A stretch of 64,000 nucleotides of DNA from Minisyncoccia bacterium (GCA_964229335.1 CAXRCZ010000004.1:142542-206541); one strand, 5' to 3'; counted from the stretch's first letter, positions 9,139 through 18,532 are shown. Notes: generated by a model from the letters alone, not told the origin. Numbers and translations: made by a program.

Positions 9139-10647
9139 ATGAGTATTGTTGAACATATTTTAGATCGCTATACGATGTACCAAGTCCTGACAGCCGTCTT
9201 GGTGTCATATGTGGCGTACGCACTCATTTTGAGTGTTTTTGGAGTACTTGTGTATGGAATTAGTGAGTTACTACTCTCACTGCTGGTTGTTGTTGCCTCA
9301 GTAGTTGTTACTCACTATATTCTTGTCAGTCTAACGAAAGCGCCAGGAAATATTTGGTCGAGTATTTTAACCGGACTCATTATTTTCTTGATTTTCACCC
9401 CAACTGCCAGCGCAGGCGGGTTGGCGGTCTTGGCTGCGGTTGCTGTCATCAGTGTTGTCAGTAAATACATTGTGAAGTATCGCAATGCACATCTGATCAA
9501 TCCGGTTGCACTGGCGGCAGTGTTGTCCGGAGTGTTTGACTTGGCGTACGCCTCGTGGTGGGTTGGAACTGCGTGGTTTGCACCACTCTTACTACTTGGC
9601 GGATTACTCGTGGTACTAAAGATAAGAAGACTACCAATGGTAGTGGCAGGTGTACTCGCCTCACTCTGTATGGTATTTGTCTATGCATTAATCCGAGACT
9701 CTGTTTCATTGTCTATGTTCAATGGAATCCTGCTGGCCTCACCACTTTGGTTCTTTATGACCATTATGGTCACTGAACCTCTATCGACTCCGGCGGGAGG
9801 GCGGGCACAAATTCTCTACGGTACTTTCATCGGCCTGCTGTCCCAGATGCCGTTCTCGCTTGGACCGCTCTTTAATTCTCCCGAGCTAACACTAATGATT
9901 GCTAATTTGTTGGTGTGGCCACTGTCACTTAAGGGACGATTGAAGCTCGTATGTCTAAAAGTTAACGAAGTGGCAAACAACACTTTCGAGTATGTCTTTC
10001 GACCATCGTTTCCAGTGTCATTCCAAGCTGGTCAATACCTAGAATGGGCCTTGCCACATCAATCACCTGACGGTCGAGGAACGAGACGTTATTTCACCAT
10101 TGCCTCCAGTCCAACCAGACAAAACATCCGTCTGGTTGTACGGACTGAAAATAAAGGCAGTAGCTACAAAGAAAGATTAAAAGCGTTTCAGCGTGGCGAT
10201 ACTATCCAAGCCGCGCAGCTAGCTGGAGACTTTGTGCTGCCAAAAGACATGACTGACCAAAAATTTATCTTCGTGGCTGGTGGAATTGGTATCACACCGT
10301 TTTTGAGCCACTTCGAATATCTAAAAGACACGAAGCAAAAAACTGATATCGTCTTGTATTACTGCAACCGGACTGCTGAAGATATTGCGTACACACAGTT
10401 GTTGCGAGGATATGAATCAATCGGTGTACGAACAGTGCACGTACTAGCTGAACCAGCTCCGGATTGGTCTGGTGAAATAGGCTACCTTGGTCCGCATATG
10501 CTGAAACGGTACACTCCTGACATCACTGATCGACTGGTATACCTCTCTGGTCCACCGAGTATGGTTGGTGCATACAAAAAATTATTCATCGACTGTGGAG
10601 TGCCAAGTCGTCATATTAAAACAGATTATTTCCCTGGATTAGCTTAA
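9139..10647 (+). CDS. NqrB/RnfD-like membrane domain fused to an FNR-type FAD/NAD(P)H oxidoreductase
   Basis: SKY..HLINP, SWWVG, TEPLSTP in the membrane part; RYFTIAS, AGGIGITPF, YLSGPP in the FNR part. Confidence 0.85.
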   Translation: MSIVEHILDRYTMYQVLTAVLVSYVAYALILSVFGVLVYGISELLLSLLVVVASVVVTHYILVSLTKAPGNIWSSILTGLIIFLIFTPTASAGGLAVLAAVAVISVVSKYIVKYRNAHLINPVALAAVLSGVFDLAYASWWVGTAWFAPLLLLGGLLVVLKIRRLPMVVAGVLASLCMVFVYALIRDSVSLSMFNGILLASPLWFFMTIMVTEPLSTPAGGRAQILYGTFIGLLSQMPFSLGPLFNSPELTLMIANLLVWPLSLKGRLKLVCLKVNEVANNTFEYVFRPSFPVSFQAGQYLEWALPHQSPDGRGTRRYFTIASSPTRQNIRLVVRTENKGSSYKERLKAFQRGDTIQAAQLAGDFVLPKDMTDQKFIFVAGGIGITPFLSHFEYLKDTKQKTDIVLYYCNRTAEDIAYTQLLRGYESIGVRTVHVLAEPAPDWSGEIGYLGPHMLKRYTPDITDRLVYLSGPPSMVGAYKKLFIDCGVPSRHIKTDYFPGLA

Positions 10648-10655
10648 AAATTATT

Positions 10656-11972
10656 ATGCCTATATACATTGTTACAATCGGAATATTTATCTTGGTCAGC
10701 GCCTTTTCGTATTCGCTTTTGGCGACCCGCGAAACGTCAGACACCCTAGCTTCTCGAGAAGTCATAGTAACCGATGGAATCAGTCAGGCAATGATCGCTG
10801 ACGGGACCTATCGGAGCGAAGTTCGCTATGAGGTCCCGTATGGGTACATAGAGCCAATGAGTCTTGAGATCACTGTGGAGAATGGAGTGGTTACCGATTC
10901 GACAGTAGACTTTGACATTGTGAATCCTGTTTCAGGAGACTACGTTCGTTCATTTGAGCAGTACTATGAAGATGAGGTGATTGGAAAGCCAATCACTGAA
11001 GTTTCATTAGCTCGTCTTGGTGGCGCGTCGCTCACCAACGTAGCCTTTGATGCTGCGCTTGAGAAAATCAAGGTTGAAGCAGCTGGTGGTGCGCTGGCTT
11101 CAGCTACTAAGGACGAAGCGTTGCCGCTACTTCTGCCTGGTACTCCAACTGAAGACGGTATCGTGCTAGGTCCTGTACCAACTACTCCTAGTTACACTGA
11201 CGCCGACCTCAAGGACGGAACATACAGCAGTGCGGTTCGTTATGAGGTTCCGTTTGAGCACGTTGGACTGATGAATCTAGAGGTGACTGTAGCCGAGGGA
11301 GTCGTTACTGACTCAGCGGTCGAGTTTGAGGTGACCAACCCTGTCTCCGAGAGTTACGCTCGTTCATTTGACAACTACTACAAAGATGAAGTCATTGGAC
11401 AGTCATTGGCTGAAGTTTCACTAGCGCGAGTCGGTGGCGCTTCGCTTACTAACGCAGCCTTTGATGCTGCGCTCGAGAATATCAAAACTGAAGCCAGTGG
11501 CAACACGGTAGCTGCTACCGCAGACACAACACTTCCGCTACCAGTACCTGAGCTTGTGATACGAGGCATTCCAAACTTGGCTGAGATTGCTGCCACCTCT
11601 AAAAATAAGATTCACCTGGTCACCGGACCGCTTCCCGGCACAGAGTCATCGACTAACAATACGAGTCCATATGCTGATGGTACGTATGTCGTTGATCAGT
11701 CATACTATGCCTGGCCAAATATCTACGAACCAATGCAGACTGTAATCACGCTTGAAAACGGGACAATCGTCGCTGCTGACCAAACTTACTCCACCGTTGA
11801 TTACACTCACTCAGACCAATATCAACGCCACTTTGACTCCATCTACAAAAATGTGGTGATAGGTATGCCGCTGGCTGATGCACCAATCGCTCGTATCGGA
11901 CAAGCTTCTGAGACTACTGATGGGTTTAACGACGCGCTACTCGCGATTAAAGAACAAGCGCAGAATCAATAA
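10656..11972 (+). CDS. Membrane-anchored protein with three FMN-binding (flavinylation) domains
   Basis: Three DGTY...(GGAS/GQAS)xT..F..AL..IK repeats; N-terminal TM; next to apbE. Confidence 0.8.
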   Translation: MPIYIVTIGIFILVSAFSYSLLATRETSDTLASREVIVTDGISQAMIADGTYRSEVRYEVPYGYIEPMSLEITVENGVVTDSTVDFDIVNPVSGDYVRSFEQYYEDEVIGKPITEVSLARLGGASLTNVAFDAALEKIKVEAAGGALASATKDEALPLLLPGTPTEDGIVLGPVPTTPSYTDADLKDGTYSSAVRYEVPFEHVGLMNLEVTVAEGVVTDSAVEFEVTNPVSESYARSFDNYYKDEVIGQSLAEVSLARVGGASLTNAAFDAALENIKTEASGNTVAATADTTLPLPVPELVIRGIPNLAEIAATSKNKIHLVTGPLPGTESSTNNTSPYADGTYVVDQSYYAWPNIYEPMQTVITLENGTIVAADQTYSTVDYTHSDQYQRHFDSIYKNVVIGMPLADAPIARIGQASETTDGFNDALLAIKEQAQNQ

Positions 11973-11974
11973 CC

Positions 11975-12838
11975 ATGCTGTTACCAAAGATTGAAGCATT
12001 GGGAACACACTGGCACATAGAGCTGTTTGAAGACTGCGCCGATGCAACAGTGCTTCGAGACTCAGTTGCTGACTGGCTAGAGGAGTATGAGTCACGGTAC
12101 AGTCGTTTCAGGCCTAATTCGTGGTTGTCAAAATTAAATCAAAACGGTGAGTTTCGGGACCCCGACCTACAGTTTGCAAAGCTTCTTAATCTATCACTCG
12201 ACTACTACCAAAAGACCGACGGAGTCTTTAATATAGCGGTGGGAGAAAAGTTGGTACACGCTGGCTACGATACCAACTATTCTTTTACTGCTGATGAGCA
12301 AGAGGCCGTCGTGCCTAAATTGCCAGACATCCTTTCTGTGACTGACGATAGAATAATTCTCTCGGCAGGACAACTTGATTTGGGTGGTATTGGTAAAGGG
12401 TTTGCGATTGATGCTTTAGCAGACCACTTAAAAACCGAACATAACCTCTCATATTTTCTAATTAATGGCGGTGGTGACATGTTCGCTACGTCTGATAATG
12501 GAAAACCGGTCACTATTGCGCTTGGACATCCGTACGACAAGTCGCTTGGTATAGGCAATCTCGAGCTTCAGGATGCTGGTTTTGCAGCCTCGTCACCTCA
12601 CGTGCGAAGTTGGGTAGATGCTAAAACTGGGGCAGCTAAAAACCACCTTCTGACCGATGAGCATGTTGCCACCTATGTAACAGCCCGAACTGCTACTGAA
12701 GCGGATGTGTGGGCTACTACACTGTGTCTAAATCTGTCTATAAACAAGCCTGATGATGTGGGTGCACTGGTGATAGATCAGATGAATATCTGTCACCAAG
12801 ATGAGGTATTTCAGCTCTATTCTGGGCATAAAATATAG
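11975..12838 (+). CDS. apbE: FAD:protein FMN transferase
   Basis: ALGT, SRFRPNSWLSKLN, DLGGIGKGFAID, NGGGD, ADVWAT. Confidence 0.9.
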   Translation: MLLPKIEALGTHWHIELFEDCADATVLRDSVADWLEEYESRYSRFRPNSWLSKLNQNGEFRDPDLQFAKLLNLSLDYYQKTDGVFNIAVGEKLVHAGYDTNYSFTADEQEAVVPKLPDILSVTDDRIILSAGQLDLGGIGKGFAIDALADHLKTEHNLSYFLINGGGDMFATSDNGKPVTIALGHPYDKSLGIGNLELQDAGFAASSPHVRSWVDAKTGAAKNHLLTDEHVATYVTARTATEADVWATTLCLNLSINKPDDVGALVIDQMNICHQDEVFQLYSGHKI

Positions 12839-12844
12839 TGTATT

Positions 12845-13249
12845 ATGGAATTAACAATGAAAAAAATAGCTAGTATAGGTGTTTTTACGATTTTCATAAG
12901 TGTGCTATTTGCCAGCCTATTTGCTATGCCTGTTGGTATGGACATGGAAGGTGGAATGGGTGACTGTCCGTTTATGGAGGTCGGTCAGGTGATCTGCCCG
13001 ATGGATTTTGCGGGCCATATTGAAGCCTGGAAAGCAGCATTTGCATCTGTTGTACCAACTATTTTCACCCTCATATTGATTGCTGGGGCAGCTCTTGCAT
13101 CCACTCTGCCCATACGGTTTCTTTTCACAAACAAAAGAAAACCCATACCAATTAGGTCAAATATACTGCGTACTCGTACCTACTCTTACGTATATCGTCC
13201 ACTCCAGGAATTATTTTCAAACGGTATCCTACACCCCAAGGTTTTTTAA
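12845..13249 (+). CDS. Small 2-TM Met/Cys/His-rich protein, putative metal-responsive leader (paralog of 5563-5949)
   Basis: TM - MPVGMDMEGGMGDCPFM..ICPMDFAGH - TM - RPLQELFSNGILHPKVF. Confidence 0.75.
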   Translation: MELTMKKIASIGVFTIFISVLFASLFAMPVGMDMEGGMGDCPFMEVGQVICPMDFAGHIEAWKAAFASVVPTIFTLILIAGAALASTLPIRFLFTNKRKPIPIRSNILRTRTYSYVYRPLQELFSNGILHPKVF

Positions 13250-13296
13250 CTGCCAACAAGCAGGCTCGCCCTGCACTTATCAGTTAAGAAAAATCT

Positions 13297-13956
13297 ATGA
13301 AGATAATAGTAATGATTGGAGCGTTGCTTATTGCACCGCTTACAACACTCGCCCATGACGGCGACCACGTTGTTACCGCGTGGTACCAAGACCCATACAC
13401 GATTGGTTTGTTGGTTGTAGGACTGGCAACGCTTGGTTTGCTTGGATATGGTTTCTTTGCAAAAAAGAGATCATTTACCACTATTCCAACCATCGCCTTA
13501 GTGATGATCGCAGTTATTGGACTCACCGGACTTGGTCAAAATAGCACACCGTATGAACCACAGCTTGCTGTCGCTGACTTTGGCGCTGGAGAAACCGTTA
13601 CACTTTATAAAAGCCCTAATTGTGGCTGTTGTACCGGACATGCAAAGGCGCTAGAAGAAGCTGGCTTTAACGTGGATATAGTTGAAACAAACAATCTTGA
13701 CGAGATTAAAAGTACACAGAACATTCCGTCAGATGGAGCAAGTTGTCACACCTCACTCATTGGCGATTATGTAGTTGAGGGCCACGTTCCTTTGGAAGCA
13801 ATTGAGAAGTTGCTTACTGAAAAACCTGACGTAGCTGGTATTGGACTCCCAGGTATGCCTATCGGAACGCCTGGTATGCCAGGCCGGAAAACAGCACCAT
13901 ATGAGGTATACCAGCTATCAGCAGACGGACAAACGTCACCATATATGACGATCTAA
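13297..13956 (+). CDS. DUF411 (CopG-like) metal-binding protein with N-terminal TM helices
   Basis: YKSPNCGCC, SCHT, EGHVP, PGMPIGTPGM. Confidence 0.88.
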   Translation: MKIIVMIGALLIAPLTTLAHDGDHVVTAWYQDPYTIGLLVVGLATLGLLGYGFFAKKRSFTTIPTIALVMIAVIGLTGLGQNSTPYEPQLAVADFGAGETVTLYKSPNCGCCTGHAKALEEAGFNVDIVETNNLDEIKSTQNIPSDGASCHTSLIGDYVVEGHVPLEAIEKLLTEKPDVAGIGLPGMPIGTPGMPGRKTAPYEVYQLSADGQTSPYMTI

Positions 13957-13977
13957 TTAGTAAAACAAGTAAAGATT

Positions 13978-15780
13978 ATGAAATATATAAGTATTGCGGT
14001 ACTCGCGCTCATCCTCATTGGTGGAGGAGTGTGGTACTACACAAATAACATGCATTCCATGATGAATATGGACGGCATGATGATGGGGCAAGAAATCCCG
14101 GAAAAAGAAAATTTATCAATCCTGCATGACTCGGACGTACCAGAGGTACAGCCGATGGAAATCGTAGAATTGAATGACGGCGATACGTATGACATGACCG
14201 CTTCAATCGTTAAACAAAAGGTTGGTAATCGAGAAATCAAGCGATTGGCGTACAATAACCAGATCCCGGGCCCGGTGTTGAAAGTAGAAAAAGGTTCAGA
14301 GATCACAGTAAACTTCACTAACAACATCGACATGGAAACTGCCTTACACGCACACGGATTGCGCGGTGATTGGCGTATGGACGGTGCCGTGCCGATTACA
14401 CCACCAGTTGAAATTGGTGAGACCTTCAGTTATCAGCTTGAGTTTAAAGATACTGGTGTCTTTTGGTACCACCCACACGTACGAGAAGACTACCAGCAAG
14501 ATATGGGGCTATACGGTAATTTTGCGGTAACGGAAGACGGGTATTGGAGTGAAGTAGACCAAGAAGCCTACCTAATCGTCGACGACATCCTCGAAGACGG
14601 TGAATACAGTAGTGAAGTAGTGACGCATACACTTATGGGTCGCTTCGGAGACAAGCTACTCATTAATGACAGCGAAGACTACAATCTCACCGTGAAGCAA
14701 GGAGAGATTACCCGTGCCTTCATCACGAACGTAGCGAATACTCGTACTTTCAAGCTAGAGTTCGAGGGTGCACAAATGAAACTGGTTGGTGGCGATGTCG
14801 GCCGGATTGAGCAGGAAGAAATGATTGACCACCAAATTATTGGTACGTCTGAACGCTACATCATTGAGCTCTACTATGACACACCAGGTACGTATTCAAT
14901 CGTACATCGAGGACAAGAAATGGGTACTGTGACTGTTGAGCCATCAGACACCGATCGTCTTAGTGAGTTTGAAGTGTTGCGAAACAATGCTGCTGACTAT
15001 GCAGAATTCCGTAACCAAGCAGCTGCGCTCTTAGCTAAGACACCAGACAAGAATCTCCGTCTTGATATTGAGATGAAAGGCATGATGGGTGACATGATGA
15101 TGCAAGAAGGCGGTATGGGCATGATGGGCGATGATGAGATGGTTAATCTCATGGGAATGGAAATGAATCGTCAGCAAGCTATCGAGCATTGTGAGATGAT
15201 GCCGAACATGGCTGGTTGTGAACCGTTCTTCAATGCTGAAGAAGAATCTGGCACAATCATGTTGATGGGTATGGAGATGACTGAAGAACAAGCGATCGAA
15301 CACTGCCAGATGATGCCAAATATGGCGGGTTGTGAGCCGTATTTAGACAGTGAAGCTACCGAGGAAGAGCCACACAGTGAAGACGGTATCGAGTGGGAAG
15401 ACGATATGGCCATGATGAACCAAATGAGTACCGACGACACCATAGAATGGGTCTTAGAGGACACTGATACCGGGTTACGCAATGGCGATATTGATTGGTC
15501 ATTTGAAGTGGGTGACTTAGTGAAAGTCCGCATCTATAACGATGAGAATGGTATGCATCCAATGCAACACCCAATCCACTTCCACGGACAAAAGTTTGTG
15601 GTCTTAGCTAAAGATGGTGAACTGAATAACAATCTGCAGTGGAAAGACTCAGTCTTAATTCCAGAAGGAGCAACGTATGATCTCTTGGTTGATATGGAAA
15701 CACTCGGTAAATGGATGACGCATTGTCATATTGCTGAGCACTTAGATTCTGGAATGATGTTCCAGTTTGAGGTTAATTAG
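13978..15780 (+). CDS. Multicopper oxidase (CueO/CopA-like) with Met-rich insertion
   Basis: All four Cu motifs: HAHG, WYHPH, HPIHFHG, HCHIAEHLDSGM. Confidence 0.92.
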   Translation: MKYISIAVLALILIGGGVWYYTNNMHSMMNMDGMMMGQEIPEKENLSILHDSDVPEVQPMEIVELNDGDTYDMTASIVKQKVGNREIKRLAYNNQIPGPVLKVEKGSEITVNFTNNIDMETALHAHGLRGDWRMDGAVPITPPVEIGETFSYQLEFKDTGVFWYHPHVREDYQQDMGLYGNFAVTEDGYWSEVDQEAYLIVDDILEDGEYSSEVVTHTLMGRFGDKLLINDSEDYNLTVKQGEITRAFITNVANTRTFKLEFEGAQMKLVGGDVGRIEQEEMIDHQIIGTSERYIIELYYDTPGTYSIVHRGQEMGTVTVEPSDTDRLSEFEVLRNNAADYAEFRNQAAALLAKTPDKNLRLDIEMKGMMGDMMMQEGGMGMMGDDEMVNLMGMEMNRQQAIEHCEMMPNMAGCEPFFNAEEESGTIMLMGMEMTEEQAIEHCQMMPNMAGCEPYLDSEATEEEPHSEDGIEWEDDMAMMNQMSTDDTIEWVLEDTDTGLRNGDIDWSFEVGDLVKVRIYNDENGMHPMQHPIHFHGQKFVVLAKDGELNNNLQWKDSVLIPEGATYDLLVDMETLGKWMTHCHIAEHLDSGMMFQFEVN

Positions 15781-15801
15781 TCTAAAGGTCAAAATTAACG
15801 C

Positions 15802-15825
15802 AAAAAGCCCTACCAGGGCTTTTTT
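15802..15825 (+). terminator. Intrinsic terminator closing the metal island operon
   Basis: AAAAAGCCCT-acc-AGGGCTTTTT. Confidence 0.8.
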
Positions 15826-15841
15826 GTTATGCTATGTAGAC

Positions 15842-16156
15842 ATGTTGCAACCCTTGATTCATTATTCGCTTCATTTTCTGTTTCCTGGGGCTTTGGCGTT
15901 TGCATTGTTTAGGGAGCGCTGGAAGCTTGTGTGGCTAATGTTGTTCACAACGATGTTGGTTGATTTAGATCATTTGGTAGCAGATCCTATATTCGACCCC
16001 AATCGATGTAGTATTGGTTTCCACCCACTTCACTCAGAAATTGCAATTGCTTTCTATTTAGTACTGTTACTTGTGCCAAATTTCTATGTGAGAGCTATTA
16101 GTGTTGGACTACTATTTCACATGCTGACCGATTGGTTAGACTGCCTTTGGCTATAA
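15842..16156 (+). CDS. DUF6122-like small membrane protein
   Basis: HYSLHF..PG, MLVDLDHL.ADPIFDPNRCSIGFHPLHS; ATG at 15842. Confidence 0.75.
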   Translation: MLQPLIHYSLHFLFPGALAFALFRERWKLVWLMLFTTMLVDLDHLVADPIFDPNRCSIGFHPLHSEIAIAFYLVLLLVPNFYVRAISVGLLFHMLTDWLDCLWL

Positions 16157-16187
16157 CAAAAATAGCTCCGCATGGAGCTATTTTTGT
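16156..16187. terminator. Bidirectional terminator
   Basis: ACAAAAATAGCTCC-gcat-GGAGCTATTTTTGT between a convergent CDS and tRNA. Confidence 0.8.
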
Positions 16188-16210
16188 ATGCTTCTCGTGC
16201 TAGCACTAAT

Positions 16211-16285
16211 TGGTGACCCTACGGAGAATCGAACTCCGATTTCCAGGATGAGAACCTGGCGTCCTAGCCGTTAGACGATAGGGCC
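16211..16285 (-). tRNA. tRNA-Glu (CUC)
   Basis: Reverse complement GGCCCTA...CCAGG-TT CTC AT-CCTGG...GTTCGATT...TAGGGTC-A-CCA; full cloverleaf with encoded CCA. Confidence 0.95.
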
Positions 16286-16345
16286 TATTGGGCATAGTTA
16301 TAGCAATTTTTACCCATTTTTAAAAGTTTCTATAGTTGGGTATGG

Positions 16346-16555
16346 ATGCCATTGCAAATTTTTAGATATTTAGTAAAATCGCACGTTGAAATAACCAGGA
16401 GCTCTTTTATGAAAGGTGAGGATTTACCTACACCACCTACTTGGCTAAAGGGTTATGAAGCGCCGGATCCGTCCAAACCATGGACAATGGGTCTAGCTTA
16501 TGCTGAGATAACCGAAGAAAATCGTTACTTACGTGAGCAGCGAAGAGGACAATAA
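16346..16555 (+). CDS. Small hypothetical protein
   Basis: Fills the gap; TATAGT just upstream and a terminator hairpin downstream (16572-16603); start uncertain. Confidence 0.4.
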   Translation: MPLQIFRYLVKSHVEITRSSFMKGEDLPTPPTWLKGYEAPDPSKPWTMGLAYAEITEENRYLREQRRGQ

Positions 16556-16602
16556 CTTCTCACGAGCATAGAAAAGCCGCGGCCTGCTTAGGTCGCGGTT
16601 TT

Positions 16603-18447
16603 CTAATTAGTGGTTCGTATATTGTGCTTGATATCAAACCGAGGATTGACTTTTTTTCCAGGGTTAAAGATATCGTGAGGGTCAAAGATATGCTCTACGT
16701 CTTCAAATAGGCCGAGCATCTTTTTAGTAAACATTTTATTGAGATACGGAGTTCTGATGATACCGTCATTGTGTTCACCACAGATATCACCGTCGTATTT
16801 GATGGCGGTATCATAAAAGGCATCAGCCATTTTTTCGATTAGTTTACCAGTTGTCTTATTAGTGAAATCTAAAAGGGGATAGAAGTGAAAATGTCCATTA
16901 CCACCATGACCATGAACAGCTGCAGTAACATTAAATTCTTTAAACAATCGTTTGATTTGTGTAAAGAACTTGGACAGATTTTCTGGTGGTACGGTCATGT
17001 CTTCTAAAAACGCTGCGGGACGCTTGGTAGTATCTTGGAATTTAGACAAGGTATAGCTGGCTCGTCTGATTTGCCAAAACATTTCAGCTTCAAACGGATT
17101 ATTAACCACTCGCGCTTTTATACCTTTACTACTAATTCTCCTGACTATAGTGCTAGGCGAATGTTGCTTGGTTGTTTCTTCGTCGAGGGTAACTAAAACA
17201 ACAAATTCTGGTGTCTTGCCACCATAGCGAACGTGATAGGTGGTATACATCGCTAGCATGGCGCGTAGATAGGTGAGACCGGATAACCGCTGTTTAAAAA
17301 ATTCAGGATTTTTCAGAGCCAACTGGTAGGTCAACGCATCAAAGATTTCTATATTCAACGGGTTGTACTTCAGCGTCTTTACTATCGTGTCAGCCGCAGT
17401 AGTAAGGTCAAAAATCGGGATAGCGAGGAGGGTGTTTTTCTTTTGTATCGGCAGTGCCCGCATGGTGATACCGACAATCATGCCTAATGTACCTTGGCTA
17501 CCAGCAATCAGTCGGGTGATATCAAAGGTACCTTCACCCTTAGCAAAGGCTCCAGCGCCGTCAGAAAAGACGTGCCACAGGGCATAGCCAGAAGAATTCT
17601 TTTTGGTTTTGGGTTTATTCTTGATAATCTCTTTCTCATTTTTGACAGCTAATTCATAAATTTCTCGTACAATCCGTGCGTATTCAGTCTTTTGCTTAGC
17701 TACTTTTTTATATTCCTTATAAGTTAAAGGAGCGAAGGTGTAGGTCTGACCGTCAGATAAGACAACTTCAAGTGATTCTACCCAGTCAGCACAATGACCG
17801 TAGCGCAGTGAGTCTGGACCGGCGGCATTGTTGGCGACCGAACCACCGATGGTGCAGATATCCTTTGACGATGTGTATGGTGGTAGATATAGCCCTTTTT
17901 TAGCCAGTACCTTTTCCATATCGCGCCAATAAAGACCAGGTTCGCAGGTGAATGTGTATTTCTTGCCTTTGCTTGTAATGTCACCCATGGCATTGAGGTG
18001 TTTTACGTCAATTACTACAGAGTCAGTCAATGAACCGCCAGACAATCCGGTACCAGCAGCGCGGGGAGTGAGCGAGAGAGAAGAGAAGCGTTGAGTCTCC
18101 TTTGCGACAACTTGGGTAGCGATTTCGACGTCTTTTCTATGGTTGGGAATTAATACAACTTGTGGACGAATACAAAAAATACTCTCGTCAGTACTATACG
18201 ATTCCAACACTTTTTTATTGGTAGAGATTTCACCTGTAAAGCCAGCTTCACGCAGTGATTTCTCGAGGAGAAGGTGTCCCAATGGGTTGCGTTTCGTGGT
18301 GGTGGTAGTGCTAATGCGCTTGGCTACTATAGCTAGTGGTTCAGTCGTTTTTTTTGTTTGGCTACGTTTAGTTGACGCAGTTTTTTTACGAGTCGCATTT
18401 TTGGTAGACTTTTTGGCCTTAGCTTTTGGAGAAGAACGTTGCGGCAT
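16603..18447 (-). CDS. FAD-binding oxidoreductase (GlcD / D-lactate dehydrogenase family)
   Basis: PRAAGTGLSGGS, TIGGSVANNAAG, GSQGTLG, HGHGGNGHFH, GEHNDG, IFNPGK; basic low-complexity N-terminus. Confidence 0.9.
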   Translation of the reverse strand: MPQRSSPKAKAKKSTKNATRKKTASTKRSQTKKTTEPLAIVAKRISTTTTTKRNPLGHLLLEKSLREAGFTGEISTNKKVLESYSTDESIFCIRPQVVLIPNHRKDVEIATQVVAKETQRFSSLSLTPRAAGTGLSGGSLTDSVVIDVKHLNAMGDITSKGKKYTFTCEPGLYWRDMEKVLAKKGLYLPPYTSSKDICTIGGSVANNAAGPDSLRYGHCADWVESLEVVLSDGQTYTFAPLTYKEYKKVAKQKTEYARIVREIYELAVKNEKEIIKNKPKTKKNSSGYALWHVFSDGAGAFAKGEGTFDITRLIAGSQGTLGMIVGITMRALPIQKKNTLLAIPIFDLTTAADTIVKTLKYNPLNIEIFDALTYQLALKNPEFFKQRLSGLTYLRAMLAMYTTYHVRYGGKTPEFVVLVTLDEETTKQHSPSTIVRRISSKGIKARVVNNPFEAEMFWQIRRASYTLSKFQDTTKRPAAFLEDMTVPPENLSKFFTQIKRLFKEFNVTAAVHGHGGNGHFHFYPLLDFTNKTTGKLIEKMADAFYDTAIKYDGDICGEHNDGIIRTPYLNKMFTKKMLGLFEDVEHIFDPHDIFNPGKKVNPRFDIKHNIRTTN

Positions 18448-18504
18448 ATACCTAGTATACCTAGTTGCCAGCCAGGCTTCCGCGTGGTGTCCACATAAAT
18501 ATAT

Positions 18505-18532
18505 AATTAATTATATATTTAATTATATAATT
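18505..18532. repeat. 28-bp AT-only repeat, copy 1 (overlaps 26-bp palindrome 18496-18521)
   Basis: AATTAATTATATATTTAATTATATAATT, identical to 44469-44496. Confidence 0.85.
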
